DNA of 20,000 nucleotides from an uncultured virus (IMG/VR IMGVR_UViG_3300037245_001434) (lineage: Duplodnaviria; Heunggongvirae; Uroviricota; Caudoviricetes), in IMG/VR virus record IMGVR_UViG_3300037245_001434; one strand, written 5' to 3'. Position 1 is the first letter of the stretch, and each line of letters opens with the position of its first letter. The position numbers were made by a program, and so were the translations under genes. Shown here one piece after another: positions 9,340 through 16,319 of the stretch. Under the pieces are notes generated by a model. That model was given only the letters and a program-made list of their open reading frames with translations, was not told the DNA's origin and searched no databases.

Positions 9340-9496
9340 TTACTATCTTAACTCCAACAAACTCACTCACAGGCAAAAACCTATACAGCATCTGAAACCA
9401 CACGCCTAGCTCACCATTACGCTCCACTACCTCAATGGTTCGCGTGTTACCGGCGTGGGTTTCTACTGTGTAGGTTCCTGGGGCGTTGAATTGCAT
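9311..9496 (-). CDS. Hypothetical protein
   Basis: 61 aa directly after the tRNA array; GGA upstream. Confidence 0.55.
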   Translation of the reverse strand: MQFNAPGTYTVETHAGNTRTIEVVERNGELGVWFQMLYRFLPVSEFVGVKIVNKKALHIKQ

Positions 9497-9515
9497 AGGT
9501 GATCCGTTTTAAGAT

Positions 9516-9589
9516 TGGAAGCGGCACAAGGAATTGAACCTTGATGCGCGGAGTCAAAGTCCGCTGCCTAACCATTCGGCCATACCGCT
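9516..9589 (-). tRNA. tRNA-Gln(UUG)
   Basis: Acceptor AGCGGTA/TGCCGCT, anticodon arm GCGGA-CTTTGAC-TCCGC, T arm CAAGG-TTCAATT-CCTTG, U73, encoded CCA. Confidence 0.92.
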
Positions 9590-9595
9590 TTAAAT

Positions 9596-9682
9596 TGGCA
9601 GAGAGCAATGGAGTTGAACCATAAGCGTAAACACTCACATTGCTTAGCAGGCAAGCTCTAGCACCGGCTAGAATTACTCTCT
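9596..9682 (-). tRNA. tRNA-Ser(GCU), 8/4 acceptor/T-stem fold
   Basis: Acceptor AGAGAGTA/TGCTCTCT (8 bp), T stem ATGG/CCAT (4 bp), anticodon loop CTGCTAA, long variable arm TGAGTG-TTTA-CGCTTA, G73-CCA. Confidence 0.88.
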
Positions 9683-9686
9683 ATAT

Positions 9687-9772
9687 TGGAGGAAGGTGAA
9701 GGAATCGAACCCTTGACGGTTACGTCACCCTGGTTTTCAAGACCAGTTGCCAGCCATTTAGCGGCACCTTCC
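9687..9772 (-). tRNA. tRNA-Ser(UGA), 8/4 acceptor/T-stem fold
   Basis: Acceptor GGAAGGTG/CACCTTCC (8 bp), T stem AGGG/CCTT (4 bp), anticodon arm CTGGT-CTTGAAA-ACCAG, variable arm TGACG-TAAC-CGTCA, U73-CCA. Confidence 0.9.
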
Positions 9773-9777
9773 TTAAT

Positions 9778-9860
9778 TGGTAGCGGGGGAGAGACTCGAA
9801 CTCTCAAAGGTCGTGGGTCTAAACCACGTAGCTGTGCCAATTTACATTAACCACCCCGCC
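9778..9860 (-). tRNA. tRNA-Leu(UAG), short variable loop, enlarged D loop
   Basis: Acceptor GGCGGGG/CCCCGCT, anticodon arm CGTGG-TTTAGAC-CCACG, T arm GAGAG-TTCGAGT-CTCTC, A73-CCA. Confidence 0.87.
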
Positions 9861-9865
9861 AGAAG

Positions 9866-9950
9866 TGGTGGATGAACTAGGAATCGAACCCAGAATGCCT
9901 TACGGAACGGGGTTACAGCCCGCACGCGATCCATACGCGTCTATTCATCC
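9866..9950 (-). tRNA. tRNA-Tyr(GUA)
   Basis: Acceptor GGATGAA/TTCATCC, anticodon arm GCGGG-CTGTAAC-CCCGT, variable hairpin CC-GTAA-GG, T arm CTGGG-TTCGATT-CCTAG, A73-CCA. Confidence 0.92.
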
Positions 9951-9955
9951 TTATA

Positions 9956-10032
9956 TGGTACCCACCCTCAGAGTCGAACTGAGAATCACAGAGGCTTAAA
10001 CTCTGTGGCGTTGCCAATTAGCCTAGGTGGGC
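9956..10032 (-). tRNA. tRNA-Leu(UAA), short variable loop
   Basis: Acceptor GCCCACC/GGTGGGT, anticodon arm CAGAG-TTTAAGC-CTCTG, T arm CTCAG-TTCGACT-CTGAG, A73-CCA. Confidence 0.92.
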
Positions 10033-10048
10033 ATTAAATATTAATAGG

Positions 10049-10123
10049 TCGGAATGGTAGGATTCGAACCTACGGCCTCTCGGTTCCAAACCGAGTCGTC
10101 TACCAAGCTGACAATACACTCCG
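10049..10123 (-). tRNA. tRNA-Pro(UGG), CCA not encoded (ends A-CCT)
   Basis: Acceptor CGGAGTG/CATTCCG (C1-G72, A73), anticodon arm CTCGG-TTTGGAA-CCGAG, T arm GTAGG-TTCGAAT-CCTAC. Confidence 0.93.
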
Positions 10124-10140
10124 CCTATTAACACTCAGGC

Positions 10141-10179
10141 AATAAAAAAGCCCTCGTAACTTTCGCTATGAGGGCTTTT
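10141..10179 (-). terminator. Intrinsic terminator (attenuator 3:4 hairpin) directly upstream of the tRNA array
   Basis: - strand AAAAGCCCTCATAGC-GAAA-GTTACGAGGGC-TTTTTTATT. Confidence 0.88.
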
Positions 10180-10207
10180 CAGAATACTTCTTGTGCTGCT
10201 GAAAAAA

Positions 10208-10273
10208 CTACATAGCTGTCCCGTCCGAATAACTCGGCGATTGCGGGAGAACTTGTAATAGTAGTGCTTTCAT
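10208..10273 (-). CDS. Putative attenuator leader peptide MKALLLQVLPQSPSYSDGTAM (21 aa, absent from the ORF track)
   Basis: ATG AAA GCA CTA CTA TTA CAA GTT CTC CCG CAA TCG CCG AGT TAT TCG GAC GGG ACA GCT ATG TAG; control codons match all seven downstream tRNAs; sits between promoter and terminator. Confidence 0.82.
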   Translation of the reverse strand: MKALLLQVLPQSPSYSDGTAM

Positions 10274-10281
10274 AATGAAGA

Positions 10282-10310
10282 AGTATATATCAACCTTTCA
10301 CGTTTATCAA
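10282..10310 (-). promoter_or_regulatory. Sigma70-type promoter for the leader/tRNA array, overlapping the end of rtcB
   Basis: TTGATA(10310-10305)-N17-TATACT(10287-10282); 8 nt between the -10 box and the leader ATG, no SD, so leaderless or near-leaderless. Confidence 0.75.
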
Positions 10311-11393
10311 CGGCGTTACGTGATGGATAGTATCCACTAAATCAGCCTGCAGGCGCATCACTTCAAAGATGTCCTTGTAAGCTAATGGCGATTCATCCAA
10401 GGTGCTTTCATCGACAAGCGCGGTAACGCCTTGCATGGTTGCCTTGAAATCCTCTACGTTAAGCTCTCGTTCTGCTTGCTTGCGCCCCATCACGCGCCCA
10501 GCCCCGTGAGAGCTAGAATATAAAGAATCAGGGTTTCCTTTACCTCGCACAATGAATGAGCCATCACGCATATTTCCAGGTATCACGCCCATCATTCCAT
10601 CTTCTGCATGGGTAGCACCTTTCCGGTGAATCCATAAACCGTCTTTCTCTTCTGCATGGTTATGGTTACGGTTAATAAGATGATCCCATTCACCATGCCC
10701 ATCACAATAAAAAGCCATTGCATCAAGAACTGAAATTAACATCTGCTGGCGGTTTATTAATGCGTACTCAAGCGCCCAATTCAGATCATTGATGTATGCC
10801 TGACCATTATCACTATCAACTCTAAATCCATAGTGCCCGTCACGTACCTTGCCCTCGGGATCTGCAAGCCGTACATATTCAGTAGCTATGCCATGGCCTA
10901 CGCCGCGTGAACCGGAATGAATAATAATCCAAACCTTGTTAGTTTCATCTTTGCCAATCTCGATAAAGTGGTTCCCACCTCCAAGAGTACCAATACCTCT
11001 AAACCCCTTACGCTTTTCAAAGGCTTTCCGGCCAAGGTCTGCCAAGTGCCAGGGATCTAAATCACATCCTGCAGGGTGTTGGTGTACTTTGCCAACGCCG
11101 ACAGGAACGCGCGTGTATATCTCATCAAAGATCATCCTCCCGTTTTTTATAATGTCATCAACATCAAATGTAGTTGGCAGTGCGCACATTCCACACCCGA
11201 TATCGAAGCCCACCCATGATGGTAGAATCACTCCCTCAGTGGCTACGACTGCACCAATAGGCAATGAATATCCCGTGTGAGCATCTGGCATTAATGCACC
11301 CTTAATAGAAAAGTCTTGCTCCATTGCGCTGTTAAACTGCTCTAATGCGGTTTCTTCTAAGTGTTCTGCATAAATTTTAATCTGCTTGCTCAT
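10290..11393 (-). CDS. rtcB: RtcB family RNA 3'-phosphate/5'-OH ligase
   Basis: MPDAHTG, GFDIGCG, GTLGGGNHF, HSGSRG, HNH, HRKGAT, PGNM, SHGAGR, DESPLAYK motifs. Confidence 0.96.
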   Translation of the reverse strand: MSKQIKIYAEHLEETALEQFNSAMEQDFSIKGALMPDAHTGYSLPIGAVVATEGVILPSWVGFDIGCGMCALPTTFDVDDIIKNGRMIFDEIYTRVPVGVGKVHQHPAGCDLDPWHLADLGRKAFEKRKGFRGIGTLGGGNHFIEIGKDETNKVWIIIHSGSRGVGHGIATEYVRLADPEGKVRDGHYGFRVDSDNGQAYINDLNWALEYALINRQQMLISVLDAMAFYCDGHGEWDHLINRNHNHAEEKDGLWIHRKGATHAEDGMMGVIPGNMRDGSFIVRGKGNPDSLYSSSHGAGRVMGRKQAERELNVEDFKATMQGVTALVDESTLDESPLAYKDIFEVMRLQADLVDTIHHVTPLINVKG

Positions 11394-11462
11394 TCAATAT
11401 CTCCATCCCTCTCTCAACCAGCCGATCAAATACCGGCCACGTATGCGGCTTAGATAGCTGCT

Positions 11463-12404
11463 TTACAATTGCCGTTCAACTGCACTAACTAGAAAATCAT
11501 CCCAAAAGCCGCGATCAACATTCTCTGGCAGCTCGCACGTAGAAGACAGCTCCTCTACTCGATCCATTAAGGCCTCAAGCGTTGGCGCTACCTCTGATAA
11601 GTAATCAGCCTCACCACGCTTGATCCTCTTCAAGTAACCTGCCTGCTCAAGAGGGAAAACAATGGTTCCTTTGGTGTAAATCTCTTCAAGTTGATAAGCG
11701 GCTCTCATGGCATGTGAGAGTGCTTTCCAGTCAATGCCCTGGTTCTTTGCGGCTAACTCTGCCCTTGATCCAAATGCTGTTACGAATATAGCCAGTGATT
11801 CAATGACGCTATCAACCTTTACTGTTTCGAGGAACTTCTTACCGCATACCTGATAGATTTTGCATTTGTTTGTATCTTTGTCGTTTGGCTCAAGGTGGTG
11901 GATATGCTCCCCTGTTGGTAGCATGCTCCATACGTCACGCATCCGTGTATCAGACGGAAGCCCACTAAGTAAAGCGATCACCTCTTTAGCTGCATTTAGC
12001 CTGCTACCTTTAACGCCATACTTAGCCGCCTGCCTTCTACAGTAACCAACAAACGCCTTAAGGTTCTTGGTGTAGAACTTATCTCTATTAGCAGCGATAG
12101 CTTTCCACACATCACTAGACTCGATGATCATTGAATCAGGAGCGTGTAGCATGTCAATCGCAACTGTTTGACCTTCACACGCAAGCTCAATGAACCGGTG
12201 CAGAGAAAACATTTCATCATCAATATCGCCAGCGCCGTTCTTTCCGTGCTTATCGCCGGTAGAGGTGCTGATTGATTTGGGAAATTTAGCCAGCAATATC
12301 TGCCGTTTCGTTGGCATATAAATACCCTTAAAGTCATCATCAGATGATTCTGTATTGGTGCCGTAAAGATGTGACCCAAACTTCATATAAACTAGCTTCT
12401 GCAT
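11463..12404 (-). CDS. Pol-beta superfamily nucleotidyltransferase (RlaP / T4 NrdC.11-like)
   Basis: FGSHLYGTNTESSDDDFKGI (GS...DxD) and C-terminal DWKALSHAMR. Confidence 0.85.
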   Translation of the reverse strand: MQKLVYMKFGSHLYGTNTESSDDDFKGIYMPTKRQILLAKFPKSISTSTGDKHGKNGAGDIDDEMFSLHRFIELACEGQTVAIDMLHAPDSMIIESSDVWKAIAANRDKFYTKNLKAFVGYCRRQAAKYGVKGSRLNAAKEVIALLSGLPSDTRMRDVWSMLPTGEHIHHLEPNDKDTNKCKIYQVCGKKFLETVKVDSVIESLAIFVTAFGSRAELAAKNQGIDWKALSHAMRAAYQLEEIYTKGTIVFPLEQAGYLKRIKRGEADYLSEVAPTLEALMDRVEELSSTCELPENVDRGFWDDFLVSAVERQL

Positions 12405-12982
12405 TTTAGCTCTCCCTCTGCGCTTCTTGCGCGTTGGTGGTAGTATTCGATGATCTGATTCATTGCCCTGATGTAGAGTGTTTTATCTCCATCTATCAGG
12501 TATGGCATGAGCTTCACTATTTCACTCATGTAGACCTTTGCGAAATTCTTATCGTTGGTGCAAATGCACTTGGTATTGTGAATAATATCAGCAAGCTTAA
12601 TGGTCTTGCCGCCCGGTGTGGCGTTTGCAAGATGCTCTCTATCAAGGGCTTTCCTGATCTCTCTATTCCCATCCTCTGGCCGAGAAACATCAGTTACATC
12701 GCCAACCATTTGCGCTACATAGTTGCAAAAGCCAGCCTCTTTAATCTCATCAATGGTGACTGGCGTATCTTCAACCACATCGTGTAGGAATGCAGCGCTG
12801 ATTGTGTCGCAACAGGTAGTAACAGAGGCCACTATCTGCGCTACAGCTATAGGGTGAACAACATAAGGCTCACCGGTGTACTTTCTCTTTTGCTCACCGT
12901 GTGCTTCAGCGGCAAACTCACACGCGTAGTCGATTAACTGCTGACTGCGATCATGCTTAATTCCGTGGTCGTACATTTTCAT
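12392..12982 (-). CDS. Stand-alone RelA/SpoT-type HD hydrolase (small alarmone hydrolase / Mesh1-like)
   Basis: AAEAHGEQKRKYTGEPYVVHPIAVA, AAFLHDVVEDT, IKLADIIHN; no synthetase domain. Confidence 0.88.
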   Translation of the reverse strand: MKMYDHGIKHDRSQQLIDYACEFAAEAHGEQKRKYTGEPYVVHPIAVAQIVASVTTCCDTISAAFLHDVVEDTPVTIDEIKEAGFCNYVAQMVGDVTDVSRPEDGNREIRKALDREHLANATPGGKTIKLADIIHNTKCICTNDKNFAKVYMSEIVKLMPYLIDGDKTLYIRAMNQIIEYYHQRARSAEGELKCRS

Positions 12983-13088
12983 CTCCTTTTAATTTAAACT
13001 CAGCTGTATCATTGCGCTCTTTTGGTTTTGCGTAGGTTCCCATTGTTTGTGGCCTTGATGTTAGCCGCCTTCCTTGGCAGCTATTTGG

Positions 13089-14558
13089 TTAGCTAGAAAT
13101 ACGCGCTCTAATAGCCGCTAAAGTTTCATCAACTTTCAGCTCACCATTTAGGAAGATGGTTTGCATCAAACATGGCTCAGTATGGTTTAGAGCCAATCGA
13201 TCCTTGCATACCAGCTCACCATCAACCATCTGCACGGCGACACAACCAGTATTTGATTTCTTCGTTCCATCATCCGTTTTAGGGTCTTTGAAGATCATCT
13301 TCTCTTCACCGTCAATGACCACCATTGTTGACTTCATGGCAAAGCCAAACGTATCTCTGGTGTTGTATTGGTAGGTGTATGAGCCAATACCAAAAACCAC
13401 ATTGGTAGATGCAAACCCTTTCTCAGCCAGGATATAGCAAATAGCCTCGCATCGCTCTGGCGTAATAGAATCGCCATAGATCGCCCCAATATGTGAATCA
13501 AGCTCAATATAGCCCTGTGCGTTCTTCTCACCACCAAAGATATCGTAAAGACACTCAACCACGCCTTTGTATTCTTGCGAACCCTCTTCCGCTGTTAAGT
13601 CACCACAAATGATATCTACAGGGTCGCCACTATCAGGCCGAATAACGACCTTGCCATCTCTGGCCATAATTTCAGGCTTTAGCGGCTTGATGATAGTTTC
13701 TAAGCAGCCGAACAGATCCCACGTATCGGAAACAATGCTAATAATGCCTGTAGGGTAGACCTCAGAAATTAACCGGCGATAGGTTTCAAATTCATTATCA
13801 GCGCCACCGGCACACATTACAGAGTGCTCTGTAGCGTTAACTGATGTACCAACCAACTCCTTCTCAATATCAGCGTTATAGTACCGCTCAAGGTAAGCAA
13901 TAGCAGGAACGGTATCAGTGCCAACAAACGAAAGAAGATGCCCTGCACCAGATAGCATTGCAGCGTCAATGCCTGCCATCCCCCTCATACTGAAGTCATG
14001 ACCCTGGAATGGCACGAAGTCAGTCGAACCTGCCGTTTTTAGTGCGTACTCATCAAGGATAGACCGATAAGAAAGTGCAATCGTCGCCGCTGTTGAAGTT
14101 AGCCACATCTCAGTAGAGGCTAAAGTTTCAATGTAGTTAGTTAGCCAAAAGAATCGGCTATCAACGTTATGCACTGTTAGCATTGGCACCCGCATAGGAA
14201 CAAGCGTGCCTTCTGGCAAAGCTTTAATGTGCAACGGCATATATCCAAGCTCATGCAGCTCTTCAATATGCTTGGTTTCTGGATTCTCGATAAACAGCGT
14301 GTATTTGATGTATCGCGCATATTCGGCAACAACATCATCAATCGGGCGAGAGAAGAAGTTTTCATTGAAGTAATCGATGAGTATCTTCTTAATCATCCCT
14401 TGTGCGCCAAAAGCTACAACTGATTCAGCTCTTGGGAAATATTTGTTAGAACGAGGTGTCCACGTTGAATAGACGACCTCTGTTTTATCTGGGTACTGTG
14501 CGCGGTGTGATATTTTGTAGAAATCACAAAGTAATGTTGCTGGTGTTGTATGTCTCAT
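13089..14558 (-). CDS. Nicotinamide phosphoribosyltransferase-like enzyme (Nampt/NadV fold; probably Namat of NARP1)
   Basis: DFYKISHRAQYP, HDFSMRG, GTDT, ATEHSVM, SIVSDTWD, VIRPDSGDP, IYGDSIT, FGIGSYTYQYNTRDTFGFAMK, KDPKTD. Confidence 0.93.
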   Translation of the reverse strand: MRHTTPATLLCDFYKISHRAQYPDKTEVVYSTWTPRSNKYFPRAESVVAFGAQGMIKKILIDYFNENFFSRPIDDVVAEYARYIKYTLFIENPETKHIEELHELGYMPLHIKALPEGTLVPMRVPMLTVHNVDSRFFWLTNYIETLASTEMWLTSTAATIALSYRSILDEYALKTAGSTDFVPFQGHDFSMRGMAGIDAAMLSGAGHLLSFVGTDTVPAIAYLERYYNADIEKELVGTSVNATEHSVMCAGGADNEFETYRRLISEVYPTGIISIVSDTWDLFGCLETIIKPLKPEIMARDGKVVIRPDSGDPVDIICGDLTAEEGSQEYKGVVECLYDIFGGEKNAQGYIELDSHIGAIYGDSITPERCEAICYILAEKGFASTNVVFGIGSYTYQYNTRDTFGFAMKSTMVVIDGEEKMIFKDPKTDDGTKKSNTGCVAVQMVDGELVCKDRLALNHTEPCLMQTIFLNGELKVDETLAAIRARISS

Positions 14559-14569
14559 GCTATCTCTCC

Positions 14570-15328
14570 CTAAATTAGCTTGATTTTCTGACTTGTCGCA
14601 GAAAGTAAGTTGTCTTTTGATGTGTAAAGCCCGTCTATATGGTCGAATAATTCTCCTGTGAACACGTTATTTTCTAAATGCGCCACTAACAAAAATACTT
14701 CTTTAGCGCCCTTAGCTCTTAATTCCTTGGCGGCCCCTATAAAGGTGCCACCTCTACTGCATAGGTCATCAACGATTAGTACACGCTCACCTACATCACC
14801 TAAGATGCTGTATGACTGAATATCGCCGCTCTCGAAGTCACGATGCTTATGCCCGACTGCATACTTTAATGGTGATAGGTATCTCTTTTGTGCCCCCGCA
14901 TCAGGGAAAAGTAGCGAGTCTGCGAGAATGTCGCGACCCACAGATCCAATCTTTTGCTGACACCACTCAATAGCTTTGCACTTATCTAGTAGCGGCTGAG
15001 AAACATCAGAATGCGGTTCAATTATGGTGACGCTATCGAACTCCAGGTTGTTAATAAGGTCAGCAGAAACTTTGAGGCCCATGCAATAATGATCGTTTAC
15101 TCTATCCATTCTTGAGTGAGGCATATACCGAATAGTAAGATCGTTTATCGACTTATCAATCCTATTTAATTCGTGCTTCAGCATAGCTAACTGAAAAAAC
15201 TCTTCATCTCCCTCATAGACCCACTCGACAACATTGCGCTGCTGCATGCCGATAGCACTAATAGGCAAATAGGACTCATTATTTGGGAACTTACCAAACT
15301 CAATATCATTACAATTTAGCTTTATCAT
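14570..15328 (-). CDS. Ribose-phosphate pyrophosphokinase-like enzyme (probably Adps of NARP1)
   Basis: KFPNNE, YMPHSRMDR, EPHS, FPDAGA, KHRD, VDDLCSRGGTF (PRT loop); adjacent to the Nampt-like gene. Confidence 0.9.
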   Translation of the reverse strand: MIKLNCNDIEFGKFPNNESYLPISAIGMQQRNVVEWVYEGDEEFFQLAMLKHELNRIDKSINDLTIRYMPHSRMDRVNDHYCMGLKVSADLINNLEFDSVTIIEPHSDVSQPLLDKCKAIEWCQQKIGSVGRDILADSLLFPDAGAQKRYLSPLKYAVGHKHRDFESGDIQSYSILGDVGERVLIVDDLCSRGGTFIGAAKELRAKGAKEVFLLVAHLENNVFTGELFDHIDGLYTSKDNLLSATSQKIKLI

Positions 15329-15461
15329 TAACCCTCTCCATCCCTACAGTTTAGTAGGCTGATACATTACAGCCTGCCCATTGATATCTCTAGCGCCCTC
15401 TAATCCTGCGCCTACGGTCTTTCCTTTGCATGTAGCACACATGACTCCATCTTCTGGTATT

Positions 15462-16259
15462 TCAGCGTACATACGGCCTTTGTGTATGAAGATTGCCGTT
15501 ACATTTAACACTGGCACAGTGAGTATCAGCTAGGTAATCTAGAAACTCCTCTATTCCATCGTCAATACCAGCATTGAACTCAAACTCAAAGCGGCTGATA
15601 TCAGCCTTTAGCGCACTAGAAACATAGTCATACATCTGCTGGATATTGCTTCCAGTCGTGTAAACATAAACAACTTCGCCGCCCATTTGCTTGAACTCTA
15701 ACAATATTGAGTCAAGCTCATCTTCTGAATGCTCCGACAGATTTACGATGTATGAATATTTTTTATCCACTGTGCGTAAGTAGTCTTTTGCACGGCTTTC
15801 TAGTTTTGGATCATTTTCTAAGTTTATATACTTAGTGCCTGTCTTTATTTTGTAGCTGCTTTCTTTAACATAGGGTGATGAATGAACTATTGAATGACAA
15901 TTAGAATCAAAGAAGCAAAAGCCACCAACATCGTTTACAAGCATTGTTTTCCCATCAAAAATATAGCTAAGCATCTGTATGGATTTTTTCTGCGCATGCT
16001 CTGCCATACAGATTAGTGGGTTCTTTCCCTGTATTTTGGCCTGTACAACCCCCGCACCTAGCAATGACCCAGATAAGTTATCTAGGCACATATGGTCTAT
16101 CCTTTCAGGATGAATGCCAGACTTCATTACGCTAGATATCTTTCTTTCAACCAAGATGTTCATCATTGCCGTATATTCAAGCACATCAGCAGAACCCTCT
16201 AACATGATGTACTTCAAATTCTCGTCGAAGCCTACACTGTTTATAATCACGCTCTTCAT
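15462..16259 (-). CDS. Hypothetical protein
   Basis: 265-aa ORF with GGAG SD; no family recognised. Confidence 0.75.
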   Translation of the reverse strand: MKSVIINSVGFDENLKYIMLEGSADVLEYTAMMNILVERKISSVMKSGIHPERIDHMCLDNLSGSLLGAGVVQAKIQGKNPLICMAEHAQKKSIQMLSYIFDGKTMLVNDVGGFCFFDSNCHSIVHSSPYVKESSYKIKTGTKYINLENDPKLESRAKDYLRTVDKKYSYIVNLSEHSEDELDSILLEFKQMGGEVVYVYTTGSNIQQMYDYVSSALKADISRFEFEFNAGIDDGIEEFLDYLADTHCASVKCNGNLHTQRPYVR

Positions 16260-16319
16260 TTCCTATCTCCAGTATTTTAAACACACCCAGCCCTCTTTCT
16301 TCTATGCAATAACTCTAGG

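Noticed and set aside
9447..9840. ORFs 9447-9638 and 9658-9840 (-)
   Set aside because: They run through clear tRNA genes; incidental open frames.
9687..10032. tRNAs with TGA, TAG and TAA anticodon triplets as suppressors, tRNA-Sec or evidence of recoding
   Set aside because: These are anticodons read 5'->3' (Ser UCA, Leu CUA, Leu UUA codons); suppressors would need UCA, CUA or UUA anticodons. All three stop codons end genes normally in this window.
12959..13083. Hairpin TAGCTGCC/GGCGGCTA and a 28-codon ORF between the Nampt-like and HD genes as a second attenuator
   Set aside because: No U-tract, weak SD, the ORF lies downstream of the hairpin and shows no control-codon clustering.
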